DNA of 64,000 nucleotides from Candidatus Latescibacterota bacterium (GCA_965219385.1 CBDCNM010000002.1:1978936-2042935), one strand, 5' to 3'. Positions 1 through 10,122 are shown, counted from the first letter of the stretch. Program-made: numbers and translations. The notes: generated from the sequence alone by a model not told the origin.

Positions 1-272
1 GGCCAGCGCCACTCCACCTCCACCTGGTCCAGAGGCGGCTCGTGGTTGGCGACCACAACGCGCGCCCCCACCTCGCGCAGAACAGCGCCCACCTCTTCCC
101 AGGCCCCCTCCAGGTCATCTGTCCGCCGCACCTCGCCTTTGCCCCCTTGCAGCGCCTCTGAAAAGCGTGCCTCCAGGTCCGGGAAATCGCGCCTTGACGT
201 CCACGCCGGGGGCAGCACTTCCCGCCTGGCCACGCTTCGCAGCTGCTGCAAAATCTCCTCGCGCGCGCTCAT
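1..272 (-). CDS. lutC: Lactate utilization protein C (LutC/YkgG), partial; runs off the window start
   Basis: ATG at 272 overlaps the lutB stop (ATGA). Manual translation MSAREEILQQLRSVARREVLPPAW... stays open to base 1 and has a LutC-type N-terminus; third gene of lutABC. Confidence 0.8.
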   Translation of the reverse strand, partial: MSAREEILQQLRSVARREVLPPAWTSRRDFPDLEARFSEALQGGKGEVRRTDDLEGAWEEVGAVLREVGARVVVANHEPPLDQVEVEWRW

Positions 273-1681
273 CGCTCATCCTCCAGCGCGCCGGCGGCCC
301 ACAACTGGCGAAAGGAACGCTTTGCCAGGCCGGGGAGCCGGCGGTCGCCGGCAGGATTGAAAGGCGCGGGGATTTTGAGGGTGCCCCCGGACACAAAGGG
401 CCGCTGCGCCAGGCGCGCCGCCCCGCTCAAAAAACCCATCAACTTCTCGTTCTTCAGCACAAAGGCCGCGGCTTTCTCCACCTTGCGCTGGGGCCAGGAC
501 AGCACCTTCTGCTCCACCTCGTCGACGCGCAACTCGATCAGCATCCGTGGCAAGTCGATGCGCACCGGGCAGACCTCCCTGCAAGCGCCGCACAGCGAGC
601 TGGCGTGCGGCAGGGCTTCGTAGTCCTCCAGACCGAACAACAAAGGGCTCACCACCGCTCCGATCGGACCGCTGTAGGGGCTGCCGTAGGCGTGCCCTCC
701 GGCCTCGCGGTAGACCGGACACACATTCAGGCAGGCGCCGCAGCGGATGCACTGCAGCACCTCCTCGTACGGGGTGCCCAGCAGGCGGCTGCGACCGTTG
801 TCCAGCAGGACGATGTGCATCTCCTGGGGGCCGTCGATATCATCGCCGTGCGCCGGGCCGGTGAGGACGCTGGTGTAGACCGATAGGGGCTGGCCCGCGG
901 CACTGCGCCCCAGCAGCGCCAGCCACACCGCAGCCTCGGCCCAGGTCGGCGCCACCTTTTCGATGCCGATGACGGCCACGTGCACCGGCGGCACCGAGGT
1001 GGCCATGCGGCCGTTGCCTTCGTTGGTCACCAGCACCAGGCTGCCGGTCTCGGCCACCGCGATATTGCCGCCGGAAATCCCCATCCCGGCCGTCAAAAAG
1101 CGCTGGCGCATCAGCTCCCGGGCCGCGGCCGTGAGGGCGGGGATATCGTCGGCGGGCAAGGGTCGGCCGGTCTCGCGGCTCAACAGGGTGGCCACCTGCT
1201 GTCGCGTCTTGTGGATGGCCGGAGCGATGATGTGCGAGGGTACCTCCCCGGCCAGCTGCACCAGATAGTCCCCCATATCCGTCTCCACCGCCTCCACCCC
1301 CGCCTCTTCCAGGGCCTCGTTCAGGTGAATCTCCTCGGTGGCCATGGACTTGCCCTTGACCGCCAGTTTCACCCCGTGGCGACGGGCGATCCGAACCACC
1401 GCGGCGCACGCCTCGGTCCCGTCGCGCGCCCAGTGCACCTGCGCCCCCGCTGCCCTGGCATTGGTTTCGAATGTCTCCAGGTGGTGAGCCAGGTGTCCCA
1501 GGGTGGCCTGGCGCAGGGCTTTGAAGTGGTCGCGCAGGGCCTCGGCGTCGGGCAATTCCGCAAAGGCCTGGTCGCGCGCCCGGCGAAAATTGTCCGTGGC
1601 TGTGTCCAGGGCCCCCTGCAAACGCTCGTCCTCGATGGCCAGGGCGGCCCGCTGGCGAAACTGGGTCGTGGTCGAGGTCAC
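269..1681 (-). CDS. lutB: L-lactate utilization iron-sulfur protein LutB/LldF
   Basis: KGKSMATEEI, PSHIIAPAIH, TNEGNGR, CIRCGACLNVCPVY and SSLCGACREVCPVRI ferredoxin motifs. Confidence 0.95.
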   Translation of the reverse strand: MTSTTTQFRQRAALAIEDERLQGALDTATDNFRRARDQAFAELPDAEALRDHFKALRQATLGHLAHHLETFETNARAAGAQVHWARDGTEACAAVVRIARRHGVKLAVKGKSMATEEIHLNEALEEAGVEAVETDMGDYLVQLAGEVPSHIIAPAIHKTRQQVATLLSRETGRPLPADDIPALTAAARELMRQRFLTAGMGISGGNIAVAETGSLVLVTNEGNGRMATSVPPVHVAVIGIEKVAPTWAEAAVWLALLGRSAAGQPLSVYTSVLTGPAHGDDIDGPQEMHIVLLDNGRSRLLGTPYEEVLQCIRCGACLNVCPVYREAGGHAYGSPYSGPIGAVVSPLLFGLEDYEALPHASSLCGACREVCPVRIDLPRMLIELRVDEVEQKVLSWPQRKVEKAAAFVLKNEKLMGFLSGAARLAQRPFVSGGTLKIPAPFNPAGDRRLPGLAKRSFRQLWAAGALEDER

Positions 1682-2406
1682 CGCGTCGCCGCCTCCAGCA
1701 CCGTGGCCAGGTGCTCCACCCTCAGGGTGCTATTCTGGGCCAGTCCCCGCATCTGCATCAGGCAGCCCGGATCGGCCGTGACCAGGACCTCGGCCCCGCT
1801 CTGGGCGGCCTGGCGCAGCTTTTCGGCGGTCATGGAGTTGGAAACCTCGGGCAAACGCAGGGAAAACAACCCGCCAAAACCGCAGCAGCGATCCGCCTCG
1901 CTCATTTCGCTCAAACCGCACCCGGCCTCTTGCAACAGGCGGCGCGGCTCTTCCCGCACCTCGAGCAAGCGGCACAGGTGACAGGAGTCGTGGTAGGTGA
2001 CTCCAGGGACCTGGGCCGAGGCCGTGGGTTTCCAGCGGGTCTGGTGGCTCAGGAACTGGCTCAACTCGTAGGTCTTGGCCGCCAGGGCGCAGGCGCGCTC
2101 GTGCCACTCCGGCCAGGGCTCCAGAAGGTGGGGGTACTCCACCCGAATCATGGTGGTGCAGGAACCGCTCGGCAGCACCACGGCCTCGTAGTCCGCGAAG
2201 ATTTCCACCACCCTTTTGGCCAGATCAATGGCCTCCTGGCGGAACCCGCTGTTGAAAAAGGGCTGGCCGCAACATGTCTGCGCCTCGGGGAAGTCCACCT
2301 CGTACCCGGCCCGGCGCAACAGCCGCACCGTAGCTACCCCTATCTCGGGGAGGACCTGGTCCACCAGACAGGTCACACACAAAGCCACTCGTTGCGTTGA
2401 TTTCAT
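1678..2406 (-). CDS. lutA: Lactate utilization (Fe-S)-binding protein LutA/YkgE (CCG domains)
   Basis: TCLVD, QTCCGQP, SGSC, YHDSCH, CCGFGG, DPGCLMQ; overlaps the lutB start. Confidence 0.95.
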   Translation of the reverse strand: MKSTQRVALCVTCLVDQVLPEIGVATVRLLRRAGYEVDFPEAQTCCGQPFFNSGFRQEAIDLAKRVVEIFADYEAVVLPSGSCTTMIRVEYPHLLEPWPEWHERACALAAKTYELSQFLSHQTRWKPTASAQVPGVTYHDSCHLCRLLEVREEPRRLLQEAGCGLSEMSEADRCCGFGGLFSLRLPEVSNSMTAEKLRQAAQSGAEVLVTADPGCLMQMRGLAQNSTLRVEHLATVLEAATR

Positions 2407-2532
2407 AGCTTAACTGTCCATGGCTGCTTGTTTCATCGGCAGGGAAAACCGCTGCAAAAGAATAAAATCCCACCGTCTTTTACACCAGGGCATGGTGTAT
2501 ATGGTTTCTCACCAAGAACTCTCCGGCTTGAT

Positions 2533-3762
2533 TTACAGCGCACTATCCTCCGGCAGTCTGCACATCTCTCCCATCGGCCCAAAAATACCCCAGGCCCGAG
2601 CGCTGAACACCCTTCCACTCAGTATATCCACGATCCCCTGCTTGCACTCCGGAAACCGCTGCAGGAACTGCGCGAAACTAAAATTCCGGGTGTAGAAGGC
2701 GTACACCAGCTTGCGCACCGCCTCCATGCCCCGCACGAACTCAGGCCCGAAACCACCCAGCTGCGCCGCCGAAACATCGTCCTTTGCCAGGGCCTGGTTG
2801 ATGGCGTCCGCGGCCCACTCCCCGGACTTGAGGGCCAGGAATACCCCCGACGAATAGATGGGATCCAGAAACCCGAAGGCATCCCCCACCAGCACCCAGC
2901 CCTCCCCGGCGATGCGGTCGGCGCGATAGGAAAAGTCCTGGGTGACTTTGACCGGAAAGCATTGCCGGCCCCGTGCCAGCCGCACCATCAGGGGCCGGCA
3001 CTTTTCGAGTTCCTGCTGGAATATCTCCTGCGCATCCCCCGGGCGGCTCCGCAGCAGGTAGTCCAGGCCGCCCACCACGCCCACGCTGACCCGGTCCCCG
3101 GGCAAGGGGATGTACCAGAACCAGGAGTCCTTGTTGTGGGTGTGGAGGATCAGGGTGGCGCCCTCGTCGATGCCCTCGTCGCGAAGGCCGCCCTCGTAGT
3201 GGGTGAAAATGGAGGCCTTCTTCAGCTCGGGTTCGGGCTTTTTGATCTTTAGTTTGCGCGCCAGCAAAGCGCTCTGGCCGCTGGCGTCCACCACCACCTT
3301 GGCCGGCAACTCTTCTACCCGACCGTCCGCCCGCCGGGCCCGCACCCCGACTGCCTTATCGCCTTCGAACAAAACCTCGTGGACGCTGGTCCCCAGCCAC
3401 ACCTGAGCGCCTTTTTCCCGAGCGTTCTGGCGCAGCATCTGGTCGAACTCGCTGCGCAGGACCTGCCAGGTGATGGAGCGTTCGTGGGGGTCGTTCTCGG
3501 AAAAGTAGAACGGCGCCGAGGCCTTGCCGGAGCGGGCGAAAAACTGGACGCTGTACTTTTTGGGGAAGTGGCTCTGCTTGAGCTTGTCGAGCACGCCCAG
3601 ACGCTCGAAGGTCGAATAGGTGGCGGGCATCAGGGACTCGCCGATCTTGAATCCGTTGCCCTGGTCCCGCTCCAGAAGAAGGACCTGGTGGCCTTTTTCG
3701 GCCACCAGGGCGGCCGTGGTGCTGCCGGCCGGACCCCCGCCGATGACGATTGCGTCGTTCAT
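2533..3762 (-). CDS. Flavin-dependent halogenase-family oxidoreductase
   Basis: Start MNDAIVIGGGPAGS (GxGxxG), GESL, FPKKYS (Lys at the catalytic position), WFWYIP (WxWxIP) and GDAFGFLDPIYSSG. Confidence 0.85.
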   Translation of the reverse strand: MNDAIVIGGGPAGSTTAALVAEKGHQVLLLERDQGNGFKIGESLMPATYSTFERLGVLDKLKQSHFPKKYSVQFFARSGKASAPFYFSENDPHERSITWQVLRSEFDQMLRQNAREKGAQVWLGTSVHEVLFEGDKAVGVRARRADGRVEELPAKVVVDASGQSALLARKLKIKKPEPELKKASIFTHYEGGLRDEGIDEGATLILHTHNKDSWFWYIPLPGDRVSVGVVGGLDYLLRSRPGDAQEIFQQELEKCRPLMVRLARGRQCFPVKVTQDFSYRADRIAGEGWVLVGDAFGFLDPIYSSGVFLALKSGEWAADAINQALAKDDVSAAQLGGFGPEFVRGMEAVRKLVYAFYTRNFSFAQFLQRFPECKQGIVDILSGRVFSARAWGIFGPMGEMCRLPEDSAL

Positions 3763-3766
3763 GTCC

Positions 3767-5080
3767 TCAGCCTCGATGGTCGGTGAAGCGCCGCGCCTTG
3801 AGTTCAAAGCGCGGCAGGACATTGGGGGGCACCACCGCCACCGCGGCGCGCAGGCCCAGGGCATTGCGGATGGCCCGGCCCACCGCGGCGGCGATCCTAT
3901 CACCCTGGTTGCCTTCCACCTCCAGCCTCACCTCCACCTCGTCGAGGGCCTGCTGGCGGCGCACGTCCACGGCAAACTCGACCACGGTGGGAAAGTGGCG
4001 CACGATGTTCTCGATCACGCTGGGAAAGACCGTGACCCCGCGGATGATCAGGGCGTCGTCGATGCGGCCGATGATCCCGCCTTGCTGGCGCCGGAAAAGG
4101 CGGCCGCAGACGCAGGGTTCCTCCTCAAGTCTCACCCGGTCGCCGGTGCGGTAGCGCACCACCGGCATGCCCGCCCGCCCCAAATTGGTGATGACCAGTT
4201 CCCCCTCCGCGGCCGGCTCCAGGGTATCCGGGTCCACCACCTCGCAGATGAACTCGCCTTCGTTGAGGTGCAGACCGGCCTGTGCCTGGCACTCGAACCC
4301 CCAGGCCCCCACCTCGGTGGCGCCGGCGTGGTCGTAGCAACGGGCCCCCCAGGCCTCCTGGATCCGCTGCCGGGTGGAGGGCAGGCCCGCCCCGGGCTCG
4401 CCGGCGTGAATGGTGGCGCGGACCGCGGCTCCGGCCAGGTCGATCCCCTGCGCCGCGGCCACCGCGGCCAGGTGCAGGGCGTAGGTGGGGGTGCAGATCA
4501 ACACCGTGACCTGGTTGGCCACGATGGCTTCCACCCGCTGCTCGGAGGACATGCCGCCCCCCGGAATGGCCAGGGCGCCGATGTGGCGGGCCCCTTCGTG
4601 GGCGCTCCAGAAGCCGATGAAGGGGCCAAAGGAAAAGGCGAAGAAGATGCGGTCCGGCGTACTCACACCGGCGCCGGTGTAGACCGCTGCCCAGCAGCGG
4701 CCCCACCACGTCCAGCTCTCTTCGGTGTCGAGCCAGCGCAGCCGCTCGCCCGTGGTGCCCGAGGTCTGGTGGACGCGGATGTAGTGCTGGCGCGGCAGGG
4801 TGAGATTGGTGCCGTAGGGCGGGTGCGCCACCTGGTCGGACGAGAGTTCCTGCTTGGTGGTAAAGGGAAGCTGTCGGTAGTCCTCCAGGCTCTGCACCTC
4901 CTCGGCCGCCCGGATCCCCGCCCGTCCCAGTTTCTCCCGGTAAAACTCGTTGCTCCGCAGCACCGGCTCGAGCACTTTGCGCAATTTTTCCAGCTGGATC
5001 CGGGTCAACCTCTCCCGGTCCAAAGCCTCGATGGAATCATCCTGCCCCGGCGCCGGATCCGCTCTGCTCAAAACATCCAT
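3767..5080 (-). CDS. Phenylacetate-CoA ligase (PaaK-like) family adenylating enzyme
   Basis: LPFTTKQEL, HQTSGTTG, AGEPG, DHAGATE, RYRTGD, GRIDD, LPRFELKARR. Confidence 0.9.
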   Translation of the reverse strand: MDVLSRADPAPGQDDSIEALDRERLTRIQLEKLRKVLEPVLRSNEFYREKLGRAGIRAAEEVQSLEDYRQLPFTTKQELSSDQVAHPPYGTNLTLPRQHYIRVHQTSGTTGERLRWLDTEESWTWWGRCWAAVYTGAGVSTPDRIFFAFSFGPFIGFWSAHEGARHIGALAIPGGGMSSEQRVEAIVANQVTVLICTPTYALHLAAVAAAQGIDLAGAAVRATIHAGEPGAGLPSTRQRIQEAWGARCYDHAGATEVGAWGFECQAQAGLHLNEGEFICEVVDPDTLEPAAEGELVITNLGRAGMPVVRYRTGDRVRLEEEPCVCGRLFRRQQGGIIGRIDDALIIRGVTVFPSVIENIVRHFPTVVEFAVDVRRQQALDEVEVRLEVEGNQGDRIAAAVGRAIRNALGLRAAVAVVPPNVLPRFELKARRFTDHRG

Positions 5081-7206
5081 TCCATCGTCCCATGCACCGA
5101 GAGAGGATCCGCCGGAATCACCGAAGTGGATCCAAAGCCGCGGGTCTCGTACTCGTGGTTGGTCAAGTTCTCGAAGTTTACCCGCAGCCGTCGGGGGCCC
5201 GTAAAAAAATAAAGAGAGGCGTCGAATTTCAAGACTTCGTCTATTTTAAAGGCATTGTCCGGCGCGATGAACTGGCTGTCCACGTAGCGCGCTCCAAAGC
5301 CCGCGCCCACGCCCTTCCACACCTGCCAGGTGGTCCACACATTCAGCAGGTGCTCAGGCGCAAAGTCTGGTTTTTTCCCGGAGCGGTCGAAGACCTGCTC
5401 GAAGAAGCCGCCGGCCGGGGTCGGCAACCTGAACAACTCTTCGTAGTCCTTCAACGCGGCCACGGAATAGCCATAGGAAGCAAAGACCTGCCAGTTGGGA
5501 GCCGGTTGGGCCGCCACCTCCACCTCCACTCCTCTGGAGCGCTGCTCGCCCGTCCTCCGGGTCGCGCCATCGTCACTGGCCACATCCTTGCTCAGCTGGT
5601 ACAGGGCCAGCCCCGCCTTCAACCTGCCGCTGAAGAGGTGCTTGCGGGCGCCTGCTTCCAACTGGGTGCTCTCTTCGGCCTTGCGCTCGCCCCGGCCCAG
5701 CGTGGAAGGGGGGGCAAAGGCCCGGCCCGCATTGCCGTAGAAAGAAAGGTCGGACACAGGTGCGTAGACCACGCCGAGCATGGGACTGAGCTTGTTGAAG
5801 GTCTGACCGACCTGGTTGGGTTTGTCCTCGTAGTTGATGGCGTCGAAGCGGCCCCCGGCAAACACCTGGTACTGCTCGGCAAAGAAGATGCGGTTGACGA
5901 AGTAGGGCGCAAGGGTCCGGCTGCGCGTATCCCCTTCCCGATGTTGACCCGGAATGAGGAAGAGGGGTTCGGCGGCGAACTCCACCGGAGCGAGGACATC
6001 CATATTGGGAAGAAAGGCCACATTCAGGGTGTATTCATCTTCGAGGCGGCTGAGTTCGAAGCCTACCAGCAGGGCGTGCCGCACCCTTCCGGTGGCAAAA
6101 TCCAGCAGGACTTCGAGCTGGTTGCCGACCAGCTTCTGGCGGTCGTCCAGAAGCGTCAGGGAGCGACCGAGCTGACCCGGTACGGACGCGCCCAGTTGGT
6201 CGCGCCCTGGACCTGTAATCAGGGTGCCCCTGGAAACCCACTTGAAGTCGGTGTAGTAAAACTTGTCGCGCACCTCCAGGGCTGAGTTGAGGCGGGTATG
6301 GAAATCGACCCGGACGCGGTAGGTGTCCTGGTCGGAAACATCGAAGGGGGACTGGTAGGAGCGCTGGCGCGGCACGTCGGGCAGGCCGTTGTCGAGCATG
6401 GGCACCCCGGAGTTGGCGCCAAGAATCGGCAGGCCGGAGTCCGCTTTGTACTCGCTGTTGCTGTACTCGAAGTTGACCTGCAGGGCGCTGCTGGGGTTCA
6501 AGTGCCACTTGAGGGCCGGGTTGATACCGAAGCCGGAATTGTCTTTGTCTTCCCGGTAGTTGTCCGCGGCCTGGTACAGGGCATTGAGGCGGAAGGCCAG
6601 CCCCCTGTCCAGATCGGCCAGGCCCAGGTCCACCGTCGTGCGATAGCTTTGAAAGCGGCCGTAGGCCCCGGTGACGTGGGCGAAATTCCGCAACACCGGC
6701 TGCACCCGCACCAGGTTGACCGTGCCAGAGAGGGGATTGCCGCCGTACAAAAAGGCGCCGGGACCCTTCAACACCTCGACCTGTTCGACGTTGTAGAGGT
6801 TGTAAAAGGAAACCTCGGGCTCGGCCGCCCCGTCCGTGAGCACCAGGCCGTTGCTCAGGGAGTCGAAGCCGCGAATCGAGAAAAAGTCGTGGACCCCGAA
6901 CCCGGTCTGGACATTGACCCCGCTGACATTCTCGAGCGCATCCCCGAGGACGGTGCCGGCCTGGCTCTCCACCAGATCATTGGTCACCACCCCCACACTG
7001 GCCGGGATCGAGAGCAGCGGGACGGAGAGTTTGGTGGCTATGGAACTGGACGATGGTATGGCCCTGCCGGTGACCATCACCTCCTCGGCGGTATAGGCCG
7101 GCGGTTCCTCTTCCTCCCCGCGAGCGGCCTGGCCCCCCAGAGTCAGAGCAATCAGCAAAACAGTCCAGCCGCGCAGTGAACGCGGTGAAATGGGGTTTAT
7201 TCGCAT
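5068..7206 (-). CDS. TonB-dependent outer membrane receptor (siderophore-type)
   Basis: Signal peptide, EEVMVTG TonB box, IRGF, EQVEVLKGPGAFLYG plug motif, ENLTN, C-terminal Phe; start could be 7245. Confidence 0.92.
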   Translation of the reverse strand: MRINPISPRSLRGWTVLLIALTLGGQAARGEEEEPPAYTAEEVMVTGRAIPSSSSIATKLSVPLLSIPASVGVVTNDLVESQAGTVLGDALENVSGVNVQTGFGVHDFFSIRGFDSLSNGLVLTDGAAEPEVSFYNLYNVEQVEVLKGPGAFLYGGNPLSGTVNLVRVQPVLRNFAHVTGAYGRFQSYRTTVDLGLADLDRGLAFRLNALYQAADNYREDKDNSGFGINPALKWHLNPSSALQVNFEYSNSEYKADSGLPILGANSGVPMLDNGLPDVPRQRSYQSPFDVSDQDTYRVRVDFHTRLNSALEVRDKFYYTDFKWVSRGTLITGPGRDQLGASVPGQLGRSLTLLDDRQKLVGNQLEVLLDFATGRVRHALLVGFELSRLEDEYTLNVAFLPNMDVLAPVEFAAEPLFLIPGQHREGDTRSRTLAPYFVNRIFFAEQYQVFAGGRFDAINYEDKPNQVGQTFNKLSPMLGVVYAPVSDLSFYGNAGRAFAPPSTLGRGERKAEESTQLEAGARKHLFSGRLKAGLALYQLSKDVASDDGATRRTGEQRSRGVEVEVAAQPAPNWQVFASYGYSVAALKDYEELFRLPTPAGGFFEQVFDRSGKKPDFAPEHLLNVWTTWQVWKGVGAGFGARYVDSQFIAPDNAFKIDEVLKFDASLYFFTGPRRLRVNFENLTNHEYETRGFGSTSVIPADPLSVHGTMEWMF

Positions 7207-7270
7207 ATCGGTCTCAGGCCGGATCAGTCCATTACGTCCAGGCAAATTACCCTCCTCTTTTAGACGGCTT

Positions 7271-8242
7271 CTAAGCTAAAACCACCTGCCGGTCCTCCTG
7301 CACCGACTTTTCGGCGGCCAGGCCGATCTGCACGGCCTCGAAGGCCCGCTGCAGGTCCGTGCGCCAGCCGTTCTTTTCCCCTCTGACCTCCTCCAGGAAC
7401 AACTCCTCGAGGGAGGGCCCCTCCCTGGCGGCCGGCTGAATCTCCTCCAGTCCCCCGGAGGTGGAGCGACACCAGCGCCCGTCCTGGTGCACCAGACTGC
7501 CCTTGCTCAGCACCAGCCGCTGGACCTGTTCGGCCTCCTGGATCTCGATCCCGCCCGCCCAGGTCCACTGGTGCAAACCGCCGCGCGCAAAACCTACGGT
7601 CACCGCGTTGACGAAGCGCTGGTACCCCCCGTCGTGGTTCATACCCACGTACCTGGCGTGGGCCTCCACCCAGGCCGCCGGCCCGAACAGGTCCACGAGG
7701 GGATAGACCTGGTACACGAAAAACAGCGCCGGCGGTCCTGAAATCTCCAGGTTGAACAGAATCTCCGGCCGGGCCCCGCGGCCCGGCGTCAGCCGCACGA
7801 AGAGCCCCGTGAGCAAGGGGCCCAACGCGGCGACTTCCTGTTTGAGCTGCTGGTGCAGGGCCGAGAGCGGCTCGCCGTGGGTCGTCCGCAGGACGCATTC
7901 CGAGGTTTTGGCCAGCTCCACCAGGCGCTCGCCCTCCTCCAGCCGGCGGGCCAGGGGGTACTCGGCAAACACGTGTTTGCCTGCTTCTAAGGCTGCTAGG
8001 GCAATGGGCCCGTGACTCTCGTTGTGGGTGAGGACCAGCACCACGTCCACATCCTCGCGCCCCACCAGCTCCTGCCAGTCCGCGTGCAGGTCGATTTCGT
8101 AACGCCGGGCCAGGGGTGGGCCGGTCCGCGGGTTGCGCGCGGCCAGGGCCACCAACTGGCAGCCCTCCAGTTTGGCAAACGCCTCCATCCGGCCCGTGGC
8201 CATGCCGCCGGAGCCCACTATCCCGAGTCGAATCTTGTCCAT
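7271..8242 (-). CDS. Gfo/Idh/MocA family oxidoreductase
   Basis: MDKIRLGIVGSGGMA Rossmann motif, GKHVFAEYPLA; GGAG SD before ATG 8242. Confidence 0.9.
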   Translation of the reverse strand: MDKIRLGIVGSGGMATGRMEAFAKLEGCQLVALAARNPRTGPPLARRYEIDLHADWQELVGREDVDVVLVLTHNESHGPIALAALEAGKHVFAEYPLARRLEEGERLVELAKTSECVLRTTHGEPLSALHQQLKQEVAALGPLLTGLFVRLTPGRGARPEILFNLEISGPPALFFVYQVYPLVDLFGPAAWVEAHARYVGMNHDGGYQRFVNAVTVGFARGGLHQWTWAGGIEIQEAEQVQRLVLSKGSLVHQDGRWCRSTSGGLEEIQPAAREGPSLEELFLEEVRGEKNGWRTDLQRAFEAVQIGLAAEKSVQEDRQVVLA

Positions 8243-8261
8243 AGCTCCTGGTCTTCCTGGT

Positions 8262-8311
8262 TCGGCGTCTCCATCCACTGACATACTCGGCGTCTCCATC
8301 CACTGACATAC
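8262..8311. repeat. Perfect 25-bp tandem duplication (TCGGCGTCTCCATCCACTGACATAC x2)
   Basis: Copies at 8262-8286 and 8287-8311, read directly. Confidence 0.95.
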
Positions 8312-8342
8312 AATATAAATCACGGCTTTATCCCTGGGAGTG

Positions 8343-9689
8343 TCAACGCGCAATCCCACAGACCCGGCACGCGATCTCGAACAGAACCCGGGTGGCAAAG
8401 AGCAGATTGTCCACCGAAGTGCGCTCGTCGTGCCCGTGGATCAGCCGCATCTCCTCCTCGCCGGGGGCCTGGCGGTAGGGCATGAAACCGTAGATTGAGG
8501 TATGGGGACGGCGCGGCAGAATATGCTTGGCGTCGGTCCCCCCGTTGGAGATCACCGGCACCACTGGAACCCCCGGCTCCATCTGGCCCATCACCGCTTC
8601 GATGGTCCGGTACAGCTCCGTGTCCACCCGCCCCTCGATGGGAGGAGTGTACTGGTCCACCACCAGATCCACGTCCGTCCCGATATAGCGCCGCAATTCC
8701 GCGGTAAAACTGGCGGCCGTCTGCCCCGGGGCCAAGCGGCCGTCGATCCAGGCCGTGGCCTCGGCCGGAATGACGTTGATCTTGGAGCCGGCCTGCAGCA
8801 TGGTGACCGAAGCCGTATTGCGCAGGAGCGCCTGCAATTCCTCCCGCAAAGCGTCCTCCACCGGCAGGGCTTCCAGGGCCGCTGCCCCAGCCTCCGGCGC
8901 CAGCACGGCCCGCAGCCGTTGCCCCATTGTCTCGTCCTGATGGGCCGCGATCCCCTCAATACAAGCGGCCACCCCCGCGGAAGGATGCAGCGGCAGTTGC
9001 ACCCCTTTCAGGCCGCCCAAGGCCCGAGCCAGGCACAAAATGGCGCTCTCGTCGTGCGGCATGGATCCGTGCCCGGGCCGTCCCCGGGCAATGAGCCGCA
9101 GCCGGCACAGGCCCTTCTGGCCGATCTGGCAGGTGTAGTACCGCTGCCCGCCCACCATCAGATCCGCGCCTCCGCCCTCGGTGATGATCAGCGGGGCGTC
9201 AATCTGCTCGGGGTGGTGGTCCAGCAGCCAGCCCGGGCCGTGGTCGCCCTTGCCGGCTTCCTCGTCCGCGGTGGCGGCCCACAGCAGATCGCGGTCGGGG
9301 CGCAGCCCCAGCCGCTTGAACAGCAGGAAGACCATCAACTCCGCGGCCACCATATTCTTCATGTCCAGAGCCCCCCGACCCCATATGTACTCGTTGATCA
9401 GGACCCCGCCAAAGGGCGGGTGGCGCCACTTGTCCGGCTCGGCGGCCACCACATCCGTATGTCCTAACAGCAGCAGGGCGGGCCGGTCGCCCCCTTCCAG
9501 CCGGGCCGTCACATTGCCCCGACCCGGCGCCGACTCGGTGATGCGGGCCGCCACCCCCTCGGCCTTGAGCACTCCGGCCAGATAGCGGGCCGCCTCAATC
9601 TCGTGGCCCGGCGGATTGGTGGTATCAATGCGGATCAGGGCCTGCAAGTGCCGGGAGACTTCGTCCCGCACGGCTTCCCAGTTGATCAT
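8343..9689 (-). CDS. M20/M25/M40 family metallopeptidase/deacylase
   Basis: DTTNPPGHE, GHTDVV, GRGALDMK, ADEEAG, GHGSMP, GGTDAK, IHGHDER. Confidence 0.93.
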   Translation of the reverse strand: MINWEAVRDEVSRHLQALIRIDTTNPPGHEIEAARYLAGVLKAEGVAARITESAPGRGNVTARLEGGDRPALLLLGHTDVVAAEPDKWRHPPFGGVLINEYIWGRGALDMKNMVAAELMVFLLFKRLGLRPDRDLLWAATADEEAGKGDHGPGWLLDHHPEQIDAPLIITEGGGADLMVGGQRYYTCQIGQKGLCRLRLIARGRPGHGSMPHDESAILCLARALGGLKGVQLPLHPSAGVAACIEGIAAHQDETMGQRLRAVLAPEAGAAALEALPVEDALREELQALLRNTASVTMLQAGSKINVIPAEATAWIDGRLAPGQTAASFTAELRRYIGTDVDLVVDQYTPPIEGRVDTELYRTIEAVMGQMEPGVPVVPVISNGGTDAKHILPRRPHTSIYGFMPYRQAPGEEEMRLIHGHDERTSVDNLLFATRVLFEIACRVCGIAR

Positions 9690-9771
9690 GGTGCGCTCCT
9701 TGGTGTATTATCGCGGGCAACGCCCTCTCGACAAGGGCCTGAAAACAGGCCCCAAGAGGCCGAGTAGCCAC

Positions 9772-9800
9772 TTGCCATATTGGGCGTGGCTTATTACATT
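9772..9800 (+). promoter_or_regulatory. Putative sigma70 promoter giving a near-leaderless transcript of the RAPP leader ORF
   Basis: TTGCCA (9772-9777), 17 bp, TACATT (9795-9800); ATG at 9811 with no SD. Confidence 0.45.
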
Positions 9801-9810
9801 TCCTACAATC

Positions 9811-10122
9811 ATGCGACGCCGACTCTCCATAGATGCGCCCTGCCTCGCCCCGCTCGTCGGCCTGGTCCTGGTGGCCCTGCTCGTGAGCCTCTTTACGGCC
9901 CTGCCCCTGGGACACCTGCTCTTCCACGGAGGGGCAACCGAACCCCAGACCTGTCCGGTGCACTTGCTGGAGGGCAGTCTGTTGCTGCTCTTTGTGGCTA
10001 TCCTGTGGTTCGTCTTTTTGTTCGCGCGTGCCCAGGGGCGCATCCCCGTCGTCCGATTCATCCCTCTGCCGCTGTTTTTCTGCGGCTTCTTCTGCCACAA
10101 CCGCGCCCCACCGCATTCCTGA
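9811..10122 (+). CDS. DUF2946/CruR-like membrane leader peptide ending in a RAPP ribosome-arrest motif
   Basis: 103 aa: hydrophobic helix, HLLFH...CPVH, second hydrophobic helix, C-terminal NRAPPHS*; lies upstream of metal-uptake genes. Confidence 0.75.
   Translation: MRRRLSIDAPCLAPLVGLVLVALLVSLFTALPLGHLLFHGGATEPQTCPVHLLEGSLLLLFVAILWFVFLFARAQGRIPVVRFIPLPLFFCGFFCHNRAPPHS

Noticed and set aside
8262..8311. Possible CRISPR array (also 53204-53239)
   Set aside because: Only two abutting copies with no spacers, and no cas genes in the window
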